37,977 bases of DNA from Candidatus Micrarchaeota archaeon (GCA_043813365.1 JBDRLB010000008.1:1-37977), one strand, 5' to 3'. Counted from the stretch's first letter, positions 1-8,760 are shown. Notes: generated from the letters alone by a model not told the origin. Numbers and translations are program-made.

Positions 1-87
1 TTTAATACCTTAGGCTGAGAAATCCGTCGCTTTCAAACGACGGATGAATCAGCACATTTCTTTTTCTTCAGCGCGAGCGTTATTGAT

Positions 88-129
88 TCGGCGGCGAGGC
101 CCCTTACGGGGCCGTAGCTTCGCCGCCGA
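88..129 (+). promoter_or_regulatory. GC-rich stem-loop in the tnpA 5' leader abutting the RBS
   Basis: TCGGCGGCGA (88-97) is the reverse complement of TCGCCGCCGA (120-129), with an inner GGCCCC-ttac-GGGGCC stem. IS200 elements are known to repress tnpA translation through leader structure. Confidence 0.65.
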
Positions 130-139
130 GGTTGTCTGT

Positions 140-562
140 ATGACTAGTTTGAGCCAGCATTGCCCAGGTCAGAATGTGCACCACATCGAGTGGTGCACGA
201 AGTTCCGCTTCAAAGCGTTGAGGCGCGAGGAGTATTATAAGGCTTGCGAAGCAAGCCTCAAGGCTGCCGCGGAGCGGCATGGAATCGCACTTCTGGAAAT
301 CGGTGTGATGAGCGACCACGTGCATGTGGTCGCGAGTTTGCGCAGCGACATGTCGCCCGCGAGGGCGGCGATGCTCCTCAAGGGAGCGAGCAGCCATGAC
401 ATGTTCCGCGCATCGCCGAATTTCCGCAAGCGCTATTGGAGCGGCCACTTCTGGGGCCGCTCGTATTTCCATCGCAGCGCTGGCGATGCAGATTTGGAAA
501 CTATTCGGAGCTATGTGCGCGAGGAGAACGACCCGAGGCAGCGCACCCTCACATCTTATTAA
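140..562 (+). CDS. tnpA: IS200/IS605 HUH (Y1) transposase
   Basis: N-terminal HIEWCTKFR, HUH motif DHVHV, LKGASS, FWGRSYF and catalytic-Tyr helix TIRSYV. ATG at 140 follows a GAGGT RBS (128-132), so it is preferred over the ORF-track start at 44. Confidence 0.95.
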   Translation: MTSLSQHCPGQNVHHIEWCTKFRFKALRREEYYKACEASLKAAAERHGIALLEIGVMSDHVHVVASLRSDMSPARAAMLLKGASSHDMFRASPNFRKRYWSGHFWGRSYFHRSAGDADLETIRSYVREENDPRQRTLTSY

Positions 563-628
563 CGGGGAAATCCTACGCCTTTAGGCGTAGGTAATTTAAC
601 CATTTAATTGATATTTTCAGGTGGTAAT

Positions 629-1666
629 ATGGAGGGAAAGATGAAGGCACTATGGAAAACCGCAGCTAAGCCGGGAGCGGAATTGAAAGAAGCGCCCATT
701 CCGAAAATCGGGCCGAAGGATGTTTTGGTGAAAGTGAAGGCGTGCAGCATTTGCGGCACAGATTTGCACATCTATGGCTGGGACCAATGGGCGCAGTCAA
801 GGATAAAGCCGCCGATGATATTCGGCCACGAGTTTGCCGGTGAAATTGTTGAAATAGGCAGCCTTGTCGAGCGCGTGAAAGTGGGCGACCATGTTTCTGG
901 AGAGACGCATATCGCCGATTGGACGTGCTTCCAATGCAGCATAGGGAATGCGCATATCTGCGAAAAAATGAAAATCCTCGGGGTGGATACGAACGGCAGC
1001 TATGCGGAATTTGTTGCGATCCCCGCAGCGAATGCGATTGTCAACAACAAGGATATCCCGCACGACATCGAAACCGCTCAGGAACCGCTGGGGAATGCGG
1101 TGCATACGGTTTTCGCACAGCCCGTTTCCGGAAAGAAAGTTTCCGTTTTCGGCTGCGGCCCAATTGGTTTATGCGCAATAATGCTAGCAAAAGCTTCCGG
1201 GGCAACCGAAATTTACGCTGTTGATGCGAACGATTACAGGCTGCAGATGGCGAAAAAGCTGGGAGCGACCCTTACGATCAATGCAAAAAATGAGGATGCA
1301 GGCGCGGTAATAAAGAAGGAAACCGGCCGCGGGGTGGATGTGTTCATTGAGATGTCCGGCCATGAGGGTGCATTGAAAAGCGGCTTTGAATCCCTGAGGC
1401 CAGGCGGGGAAGCGGCAATTCTCGGGGTATTTCCCGGGTCGGTAAGTCTGGACATCAACAACGCCGTAGTATTCAAGCAAGCAACGGTCCGCGGCATAAA
1501 CGGCAGGAAATTGTACGACACCTGGCATATGGTTGCAGCCATGCAGGAATCGGGTGCTGTTGATTTGCGGAAAATCATCACGCATAAATTCAAACTCGAA
1601 GAGTACGAGAAGGCGTTCGAGCTGATGAAGTCCGGCCAGTGCGGAAAAGTTGTTATGATTCCCTGA
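629..1666 (+). CDS. tdh: L-threonine 3-dehydrogenase (Zn-dependent MDR family)
   Basis: ICGTDLHIYGWDQWA, GHEFAG, VSGETHI, EPLGNAVHT, GCGPIG, GINGRKLYDTW, ITHKF and GKVV motifs. Start at 629 or 641. Confidence 0.93.
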   Translation: MEGKMKALWKTAAKPGAELKEAPIPKIGPKDVLVKVKACSICGTDLHIYGWDQWAQSRIKPPMIFGHEFAGEIVEIGSLVERVKVGDHVSGETHIADWTCFQCSIGNAHICEKMKILGVDTNGSYAEFVAIPAANAIVNNKDIPHDIETAQEPLGNAVHTVFAQPVSGKKVSVFGCGPIGLCAIMLAKASGATEIYAVDANDYRLQMAKKLGATLTINAKNEDAGAVIKKETGRGVDVFIEMSGHEGALKSGFESLRPGGEAAILGVFPGSVSLDINNAVVFKQATVRGINGRKLYDTWHMVAAMQESGAVDLRKIITHKFKLEEYEKAFELMKSGQCGKVVMIP

Positions 1667-1708
1667 CGCCCATGGGGGATGCCCCCGAAGCAAGAGGGCG
1701 CCTTTTAA
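1667..1708 (+). terminator. Putative hairpin/terminator after tdh
   Basis: CGCCC...GGGGG-atg-CCCCC...GGGCG followed by CCTTTT directly after the stop codon. Confidence 0.4.
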
Positions 1709-1786
1709 AGAATGGGTTTTAGGTCGCCAATATATCACCCGATATGTATATATAGGGGGGATGAGTTTTCAATCCGGGGGTCATTT

Positions 1787-2353
1787 ATGAAAAGCAGAAT
1801 TAACTTGTTTGTAATGGGTCTTGCGCTATTTTCACTAGCCGCAGTGCTGTATGCGGATTTTGCCGAAACGGCAGTATTCTTCTTTGTGCCGGTTTCGTAT
1901 AGTTTCACCGTAACCCTTCCCGGGCCGGGAACGTGGTCCTCAAATACGACCCAGCCTCCCACTGCATGGACTGCTGACATATATTTCAACTCTACCGTTG
2001 CCACCAATATGACTAACCTGGAGCCTTGTGTCGCTCCTGGAACAAGCTGCCAAGGTGCGGACGGCATCTTCAGGTATGACAACACGGGCACGGTCCCGAT
2101 CAACATTTACCTGATGTTCAATACCTCCCTGCCTTCGGGAGTTGAAGTGTTCATGAACAGTTCGATTGCAGGAGCCGGGAACGGCGGGGCTGCAAATGCG
2201 AATCTGCTTCCGCTCAACAGCAGCATTTGGATCCCAGTTGTCACGGCGCTTTCATATGAGGGCACCAACACCTCGGATGCGTTCCTGTTCGCGAACTTTA
2301 CTGCATATACGGGAACCAACATACGGTACCTTGTGCACAACAGCACCGCATAA
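1787..2353 (+). CDS. Secreted beta-rich protein, candidate filament/pilin-like subunit
   Basis: Signal peptide MKSRINLFVMGLALFSLAAVLYA, then DFAETAVFF. One Cys pair (CVAPGTSC), an Ig-like DNTGTVPINIYL strand, many N-x-S/T sequons and no TM anchor. Followed by a T-rich terminator (about 2365-2378). Confidence 0.75.
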   Translation: MKSRINLFVMGLALFSLAAVLYADFAETAVFFFVPVSYSFTVTLPGPGTWSSNTTQPPTAWTADIYFNSTVATNMTNLEPCVAPGTSCQGADGIFRYDNTGTVPINIYLMFNTSLPSGVEVFMNSSIAGAGNGGAANANLLPLNSSIWIPVVTALSYEGTNTSDAFLFANFTAYTGTNIRYLVHNSTA

Positions 2354-2404
2354 GTAATACTCGTCTTTTTATTTTTTCCTATGCATCTAGTGGTACTGAT
2401 CGGA

Positions 2405-3331
2405 ATGGCAAGAGGGGGGAAAAAGGCGTCCAGGACTAATTATATCTATTATACCATTGGCGCCCTGCTGCTTGTTGCCATCGCATATTTTGCCTTCAAT
2501 TCGGGTTCCATCAATCCTTCGGGCCCGGCAATGATATCGAACGCAACCGTGACCCCCAACGCTGCCCTAGGAGACTATCCGCCAGAACTTTATGCAAGGC
2601 TTAGGGCCTACCAGCAGTCGCCCGAGGCGGTTTCAAAAAGGCCCGCGTATTTCGGCGCAATCACGGATGAGGTTTTCAAGGAACTTCCATCTTTTCCCAA
2701 GGATTTTTACGTGATCAAGCTGCTTTATGAGCTCGGAAAGGTTACCGACGGCTCAAAAATCACAGAGGAGTATTACAAGCAGCCCGAATTCTACCCGCAG
2801 TTCGAGGAGCAGGGCGTGCCGCTGATGCTGAACCCGCCGCAGAACCGATGGGGGGCATTCGGCTATGGCACATACCCCTCCGAAATGGTGGTCCTTTCGC
2901 CGAGGACGAATAAACTGAAGGTGAGGTTTTTCATCCATACTTCGTGGCTGGTGCAGACCTACCAAGGGATGAGCTTCGGATACGAATTTCCCGCGAAGGC
3001 ACAGCTGCAGAAAACGGCTTTCGCCGACAATTCCAAGGACGTCATCCAGGATCCGGCCGAGACCAGGAAATATTTCGACGTGTCGATTTCTCCGGATGTG
3101 ACGTTGCTTGAGCCTGCATTCCCGGTTTTCAAGCCCGGATGGGCGCAGGCTGTGACTATGGATATTACCGTGAAGAATCCGCCCACCGGAAAATATGCAA
3201 TAGGCGTCATTATCGCGAACCCTCCGTCTGAAAAGGCGAACGAATGGCTGTGGAAATACAAGACTAACTACGTTGGAGGGTCCGCGCACTCAATCGGCGT
3301 GCCCTGGTTCACGGCGTTCATACAGGTATAG
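2405..3331 (+). CDS. Bitopic membrane protein of unknown function with large extracellular domain
   Basis: Basic N-terminus MARGGKK, one TM helix (IYYTIGALLLVAIAYFAF), then an aromatic/Pro-rich domain (YYKQPEFYP, WGAFGYGTYP) and an Ig-like C-terminal part. Confidence 0.8.
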   Translation: MARGGKKASRTNYIYYTIGALLLVAIAYFAFNSGSINPSGPAMISNATVTPNAALGDYPPELYARLRAYQQSPEAVSKRPAYFGAITDEVFKELPSFPKDFYVIKLLYELGKVTDGSKITEEYYKQPEFYPQFEEQGVPLMLNPPQNRWGAFGYGTYPSEMVVLSPRTNKLKVRFFIHTSWLVQTYQGMSFGYEFPAKAQLQKTAFADNSKDVIQDPAETRKYFDVSISPDVTLLEPAFPVFKPGWAQAVTMDITVKNPPTGKYAIGVIIANPPSEKANEWLWKYKTNYVGGSAHSIGVPWFTAFIQV

Positions 3332-3411
3332 CTTCCATTAGACGCCCGCTCGCAAACGAACGAGTTTTAAACGAACCTGTTTTCACTTTATGGTGAAAAG
3401 GAGAGCATAAG

Positions 3412-5121
3412 ATGAGATTTATTGCCGTGCTGATGGCCATCCTGATGGCATTGCTGCCTTCAATTGCAGATTTCACCGAAACCGCCACATTCTTCAATGC
3501 GGAGGGCGAACTGGCCCCCAACATAACCATAACGAACGTCACCCTGTCCTCTTCGCCGCTTTATGCGGGCTCAAGCACGGATTTCATCATCATGCTCACA
3601 AATGCGGGCGATTTGGCAGGCAATGCATCGGCCAATCTCACGATCTATAATTCCACAGGCGATCCGGTTTATACTTTGAGCTATGACCCAGTGATAATTT
3701 CGCCGTTCTCCTCGAATTATATATCCCAAAGCTGGAGCACTGCTGGTTTTTCAGTTGGCCTTTACTATGCAAATGCAACCGCGCTTTACAATGACGGCTC
3801 GAACATCACGAATTCGTTCATACGGGCATTTTCAATTGCATCCGCACCAGTTGTTCAGCCGGGCGGGCCTGGCGGCGGAACGGGATACAATCCGCCTCCC
3901 GGGGTTCCTGTTACCAACGGCTCCACCTACGTTCCAAGGCCGGTGCCGACCCTTACGCCGACATCAACCAATATGCGGTTCATAAAGACCACTCTTCTCA
4001 AGGAGATGGCAGCAGGCGCATCCGTATTTGAGACGTTCGTTGTGAAGAATATAGCGGGCACGGAGGCGCGGCCGGTTTTCAGGATAAGCGGCGTGCCGGA
4101 GCAATGGATCTCTTATTCCCCTTCTGAAGCAGTAATGCTCCTGAACGAGGATCGCGCAATCAATATAGGCCTCAACATCCCCCCGGATGCGCTCGCGGGA
4201 GATTATACTTTGCAGATAGAGGCGGTCGAGGGCAATGCAATCGCAGTAGATTACATGGTCGTTCGCGTTAAGCCATCCAGGAGCGACCTGCCCTTCCCCC
4301 AAGTATTCAAAACGGTGCGTTTGAATCGCCTGCTGGGCAATACTGAGATTGCTATCGATGTTTCCAATCCGACCCAAAAAAGGATGGAAAGCATCCTTGT
4401 TACCGAGCATCTCCTGCCCGGATTCAAGGCTGTGCGGGACGACCTGATTTTCGACAACAAGCCGCCCTTGGACGTCACCGATTCCAACCCCATCGTAATA
4501 AGGTGGAGGATAGAGAAGCTGGAGCCCGGCGAGCTAACGAGGATATCATATTCGGTCAATTCCCTCCTTTCGGAATACCGCCCATATGTTTACTGGACTG
4601 CAAAGCAGGTGGAGTTCGTCCCTCAGGAACTGCAGCTGGCGGATCTCATTGTGGTGAGGGAAATAAAAGCCAGCCAGATTTCCGAGGGTGGCACCGGCGA
4701 AGTAACCGCAAAAATATTCTATGCGGGTTTCGATGACATAGAATTCAAGGCGGTTCTGGAAGTGCCTGAGGGGTTCGAAGCGAATCCTGTTGCAATATAC
4801 CAGAAGCTGATGCCCCGCGGGTATACTGTGATAAAATTCATGGTGAAATCGCCCAAGCAATCCCTCGGAACGCACACGATCACGTTAACGATGCTTCTCA
4901 ATGACAACCAGACCGTGCAGGGGACGGGCTACATCGAAGTAGGCGGGCCGGTTTCGGTTTCCATGCAGCTTTTCCTTTTCGTTGTTGTCTCAGTCGTAGC
5001 TGTTACCTTGGGCATCCTTCATTTTCTCGGAAGGAAAAAATCCGAGAGCGAGAGGAACCATGCCATCGAGATGCGTTCCGGCTACATCAACCAGATCAAG
5101 AACCACCTCAAAAATAAATGA
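3412..5121 (+). CDS. Secreted, C-terminally anchored multi-Ig-like (CARDB/NEW3-like) surface protein
   Basis: Signal peptide, then DFTETATFF, a CARDB-like domain (LTNAGD...WSTAGFSVGLY), Gly/Pro linker, NEW3-like domain (IPPDALAGDY), further Ig-like domains, and a C-terminal TM helix with basic tail. Confidence 0.8.
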   Translation: MRFIAVLMAILMALLPSIADFTETATFFNAEGELAPNITITNVTLSSSPLYAGSSTDFIIMLTNAGDLAGNASANLTIYNSTGDPVYTLSYDPVIISPFSSNYISQSWSTAGFSVGLYYANATALYNDGSNITNSFIRAFSIASAPVVQPGGPGGGTGYNPPPGVPVTNGSTYVPRPVPTLTPTSTNMRFIKTTLLKEMAAGASVFETFVVKNIAGTEARPVFRISGVPEQWISYSPSEAVMLLNEDRAINIGLNIPPDALAGDYTLQIEAVEGNAIAVDYMVVRVKPSRSDLPFPQVFKTVRLNRLLGNTEIAIDVSNPTQKRMESILVTEHLLPGFKAVRDDLIFDNKPPLDVTDSNPIVIRWRIEKLEPGELTRISYSVNSLLSEYRPYVYWTAKQVEFVPQELQLADLIVVREIKASQISEGGTGEVTAKIFYAGFDDIEFKAVLEVPEGFEANPVAIYQKLMPRGYTVIKFMVKSPKQSLGTHTITLTMLLNDNQTVQGTGYIEVGGPVSVSMQLFLFVVVSVVAVTLGILHFLGRKKSESERNHAIEMRSGYINQIKNHLKNK

Positions 5122-5216
5122 ATGTGAAAGAAATACTTTTTGACCTGCGCACTGACTAGGTGTTTGCTCCCGCATATATGAGCAAGACTTTTAAACCGCC
5201 GAACCCTGCCTTTACC

Positions 5217-6008
5217 ATGGCTGAAGAGAGGAAGGGCCCGCCGGTCATTGGAATAATATCTGGAAAGGGCGGAGTAGGAAAATCAGTAGTAGCCGTGAAT
5301 GCGGCCGTACTTCTCGCCAAACTCGGGAAATCCGTCGTTTTGGTGGATGCGGATCTCAGCAATCCTTCGGTATCGTTGCATTTGGGGCTATCGTACATTC
5401 CTATTGGAATCCAGGAAGTGCTTTCCGGGAAAAACAAGATAAGCGACGGCATCGTGATCCATCCCCTTACCGGGCTGCGTGTGGTGCCCGCATCGCTCAA
5501 ATACAAGCCTGACACGACGCTGAAAAACCTCAGGTCGGTCCTGAAGGGGCTGGATGCATACGAGTACGTTTTTGTGGACTCGCCGCCGGGGATAACCGAG
5601 GACGTGGAGGAGATCATCGAGGCGTGCGATAAAATCGTAATAGTCACGACTGCGGACATACCTTCCATCACGAGCGCATCGAAAATCGTCGCCCTTTGCA
5701 AGAGCACCAAAACGGAAGTGCTGGGCATAATCGTAAATAGGGTCACGAATTCCAATTACGAGCTTTCCAACAAGGAGATAGAGAGCATGTCCGAAGTGAA
5801 GACGTTATGCGATATCCCGGAGGACGAAAACGTCCCTGCTTCCATTGCGGCGAGGCTTCCAGTTGTTCTCTATAAGCCTCAGTCGCCAGCTTCGCAGAAG
5901 CTCAAGCTGGCTGCGCTTCTTCTATCCGGAAGTTCGGTTGAATCGGAGGAGAGCAGGTCGATATTCGACAAGTTCATGGAATGGGTTAGAAGGATGCTGG
6001 GGATCTGA
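5217..6008 (+). CDS. minD: MinD/ParA-family ATPase (MinD-like)
   Basis: Deviant Walker A SGKGGVGKS, VDADL, VDSPPG, IIVNRV, IPED and a C-terminal amphipathic helix IFDKFMEWVRRMLG. TTTTAAA box about 23 nt upstream of ATG 5217. Confidence 0.85.
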   Translation: MAEERKGPPVIGIISGKGGVGKSVVAVNAAVLLAKLGKSVVLVDADLSNPSVSLHLGLSYIPIGIQEVLSGKNKISDGIVIHPLTGLRVVPASLKYKPDTTLKNLRSVLKGLDAYEYVFVDSPPGITEDVEEIIEACDKIVIVTTADIPSITSASKIVALCKSTKTEVLGIIVNRVTNSNYELSNKEIESMSEVKTLCDIPEDENVPASIAARLPVVLYKPQSPASQKLKLAALLLSGSSVESEESRSIFDKFMEWVRRMLGI

Positions 6009-6009
6009 T

Positions 6010-6723
6010 ATGGCTGATTTTCTGATGGCTGCCTTGGATTTGCTTTCAATTTGCGGATGGATCCTGATTGGGATCTCGGGCATGGTGCTGAAGGACATCA
6101 TGAAGGAGGTGAAATACGAGCATTATATTTTGAGATGGAAGCTCATGTACCTCATACTGCCGCTCCTTCTGCTTTACCCGTCGTTCCTTTTCTACCAGTA
6201 TATTTACGGCGACATCCCCCTTTCGAAGGGCATAGTTACTGTCCTGATCGTTTTCCTTGCCATCGGTTCCCTGCTCCTCCTTTACCTTGCGCATCAGATA
6301 CGCTCCATGCAGCTGAGGAAGGAGATCTCCGGGGTCGCCGCATCGGTGCTTGTGATATATCTGGGGCTATCCGTTTACCTCTCTTTCCAACTAACTGATT
6401 TCGGGGAAGTGCTCAACAACCTGCTTTTCTCAACGGCGATATTCATGCTCTCGCTTGCAATGATATACCTGGGGAATTATGCGCTTGAATTTTCGAAGGT
6501 TGTTAGGGTGTCCCCGACCCTTTACGCAGGAGGGGTGTTCGTGCTGATTCCTGGCATCATGCGTGCCGTGATCACGGAGCCGCAGGCGTTCGGCCTCCAC
6601 CCCTACCTGACGGTGCTGAAAATCGTGGGCACGCTTGGAATCATTGTCGGGGGCTTTTTCATGTTCGTTTCTGCGGACCAGTTCAAGCGAAGGGTGCTGG
6701 AGTTCGATATCAAATTGAAGTAG
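6010..6723 (+). CDS. Polytopic membrane protein (about 7 TM), unknown function
   Basis: ATG begins 1 nt after the minD stop. Seven hydrophobic segments by eye. Confidence 0.8.
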   Translation: MADFLMAALDLLSICGWILIGISGMVLKDIMKEVKYEHYILRWKLMYLILPLLLLYPSFLFYQYIYGDIPLSKGIVTVLIVFLAIGSLLLLYLAHQIRSMQLRKEISGVAASVLVIYLGLSVYLSFQLTDFGEVLNNLLFSTAIFMLSLAMIYLGNYALEFSKVVRVSPTLYAGGVFVLIPGIMRAVITEPQAFGLHPYLTVLKIVGTLGIIVGGFFMFVSADQFKRRVLEFDIKLK

Positions 6724-6738
6724 TCCGAATCTGTTGCA

Positions 6739-7785
6739 TTATACTATTCTCGCTCCTTTCGTTGAAAAAACAGCTTTAACTCCATCCATCCCACTCCCCC
6801 TTATTTTTTTGAGGATTTTATCCGCATCCCTTTCCCTGCATAATGCGATTATTGCGCCTCCCCTCCCCCCGGCACCGGTTATTTTCCCCCCGTATGCGCC
6901 ATGCTGAAGGCAGATTTCCCGTGCCGCCTCAATCCCATCTTCCGAAACGCCGTATTTTTTCAGCAGCTCATGATTCTTGTTGAACAGCCCGCCCAATTCC
7001 GCCGCATTCCCGTCCTCGGAAAGATGTGCCTTGATTTTTTCCACCAGCTCGTCGAAAGGCCCGGTGATTTTCCCCCTTTCGCGTTCACTCATTTCAGCGG
7101 GCTTCTTGCCTACCCCGGCTTTTTTGGCGAACTTGTCCAGCTGGCCTCCGGTCGTTTCCGGCAATTCGCCCCTTTTCAGCGTATTGATTACCAGCAGGAC
7201 CGAGCCCTTCGGCAAATCCAGCTTCACGCCCTCGAACCGGAACTTCACATTCCCATCCCTGAGGAATTCCTTCCTGAACTCCTGCGGCCCATCCGAAATC
7301 ACCGTGTGTGCATCTATTCCCGAAGGCCTTCCGCCATGCGCGATTTCCTCGAACTGCTGAACAGCATCAAACAGCTTCTGCTTTCCGGGCGTTATCCCAA
7401 AAACCCCGTAGAGGCAGAGCGAAAGTACTGCCGCAGTAGCTGCCGAATGCCCAGTTCCCTTTGGGATTTTATTCTTTGAAAAATTCATCCTGATTTTAAG
7501 CGCATCGATGCTTTTTCCCTCGCTCTTCAGTATGTGGTCTATCACTTTCGCCTTTGCCCTGAACCATCCGTCCTTGTCCTCGAAGGAACCGTCTGGAAGG
7601 TATTTTCCGTCCCCCACTGAATCATCGACTTCGATGCAGCCCTTTCTTTCCCCTACTTTCTCATATTTGCATTCGCACTTTTTCCTGTTATCCAGCGGCG
7701 CAGCTAAAGCAATGCCGCCATATACGACGGAATGCTCCCCTGCAATGATCACCTTGCTCGGCGCGCTTGCGGTAATTTTACCCAT
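6739..7785 (-). CDS. mvk: Mevalonate kinase (GHMP family)
   Basis: SAPSKVIIAGEHSVVYG, HGGRPSGID and GGKITGAGGRGG motifs; lies near mvaD, PMK and fni. The ATP-binding motif II is atypical. Confidence 0.85.
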   Translation of the reverse strand: MGKITASAPSKVIIAGEHSVVYGGIALAAPLDNRKKCECKYEKVGERKGCIEVDDSVGDGKYLPDGSFEDKDGWFRAKAKVIDHILKSEGKSIDALKIRMNFSKNKIPKGTGHSAATAAVLSLCLYGVFGITPGKQKLFDAVQQFEEIAHGGRPSGIDAHTVISDGPQEFRKEFLRDGNVKFRFEGVKLDLPKGSVLLVINTLKRGELPETTGGQLDKFAKKAGVGKKPAEMSERERGKITGPFDELVEKIKAHLSEDGNAAELGGLFNKNHELLKKYGVSEDGIEAAREICLQHGAYGGKITGAGGRGGAIIALCRERDADKILKKIRGSGMDGVKAVFSTKGARIV

Positions 7786-7846
7786 GGAAGTAGTTCTCAA
7801 TATCAGGTTATAAAATCGCTTCCCCTAGGTATTTTCCTTGATTGCA

Positions 7847-8599
7847 ATGAAAATACTCATCTGGGATTTTGACGGCGTGATCTGCGCGAGCCTGAAGGAG
7901 TGCTACTTGATCACGATGGCTTCCATTGAAAGGGAGAAGGAAAAAATGGCGAAGGAAGCCGGCATCAAGAATTTCCGCCCGGTTTCACTGCAGCAATTCG
8001 ACGTTTACCGCTCCAAATCAGTCAATTCCATTGATTTCTTCGCGAATTACATCCTGGATATGAAAGGAATGAGGTTGAATGTGCAAAATCTCGAAACCAC
8101 AGTCAAAAAGCACGACGCTTTCCTGAGGCACATGGATCGCATTTACGACGAGGAGAGGGACGTGCTCTTCCGCAGGAGCGAGAGGGAGTATTTCAAAACC
8201 CTGACCATTTACCCCCGCATTCCGGAAACACTCGCTTCCCTCTCAAAATCCGGCATTCGCCATTCCATAATGAGCGCGCGCGATAAAAAATCCCTGCTCC
8301 CCATTTTGGAGCATTTCAATTTACAGCGCCATTTCGACCTCGTTTTAGGATCCGAGGTGGACAAGGGAAGCAGGCACGTGAAGGAGAAGCAGATAAGGCT
8401 GCTGAAGGAGCATTACGAAATCCCCTCTTATTCCGGCAATGAATTTTATTTCATAGATGATTTCCCGTTCAATTTGAAGAAGCTCGAGGGGTTCGCGCAC
8501 CTCCTGTTCGCGGAATGGGGCTATGGGAAGCTTCCGGGGGGATATGTGGAGGCGAAAAGAGTAAGGGCGCCGGCTGATCTGATTAAGATTTTAGGATAA
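7847..8599 (+). CDS. HAD-superfamily hydrolase/phosphatase
   Basis: Motif I LIWDFDGV, motif II SIMSAR, a Lys in the expected motif III region, motif IV FIDD and WGYG. Confidence 0.9.
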   Translation: MKILIWDFDGVICASLKECYLITMASIEREKEKMAKEAGIKNFRPVSLQQFDVYRSKSVNSIDFFANYILDMKGMRLNVQNLETTVKKHDAFLRHMDRIYDEERDVLFRRSEREYFKTLTIYPRIPETLASLSKSGIRHSIMSARDKKSLLPILEHFNLQRHFDLVLGSEVDKGSRHVKEKQIRLLKEHYEIPSYSGNEFYFIDDFPFNLKKLEGFAHLLFAEWGYGKLPGGYVEAKRVRAPADLIKILG

Positions 8600-8649
8600 A
8601 AAAAGAAAAAGATTAAAACTCAGGAATCTGCTTATAGGCACAGTATCCC

Positions 8650-8760
8650 TCATGGCCCGCCGTGAAGCCAGCCGCCATTAACGAATTCGCTTACCCTAAT
8701 GTCCCCAATAAGCAAATAAACAAGCCCTAATGCAAAAAGCCCGATCAACACCTTTCTCAT
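8650..8760 (-). CDS. Putative 36-aa small membrane peptide
   Basis: GGTGA RBS 5 nt before ATG 8760 and a CTTAAA box upstream. Product MRKVLIGLFALGLVYLLIGDIRVSEFVNGGWLHGGP. T-run downstream on the minus strand (about 8598-8610). Confidence 0.5.
   Translation of the reverse strand: MRKVLIGLFALGLVYLLIGDIRVSEFVNGGWLHGGP

Larger units (their letters stand above)
14..600 (+). mobile_element. IS200/IS605-family insertion sequence, tnpA only (no tnpB); exact ends approximate
   Basis: Y1 transposase ORF between two related subterminal hairpins: left ATCCGTCG-ctttcaaa-CGACGGAT (22-45) and right CCTACGCCT-tt-AGGCGTAGG (572-591). Both are preceded by GAAATCC. The element is more GC-rich than its flanks. 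Confidence 0.85.

Noticed and set aside
563..628. tnpB/omegaRNA downstream of tnpA
   Set aside because: The right-end hairpin follows the tnpA stop within about 10 nt, and tdh begins directly after.
1787..2353. 1787 product as a type IV pilin or archaellin
   Set aside because: No class III signal (K/R-G followed by a retained hydrophobic helix); it has an ordinary cleavable signal peptide.
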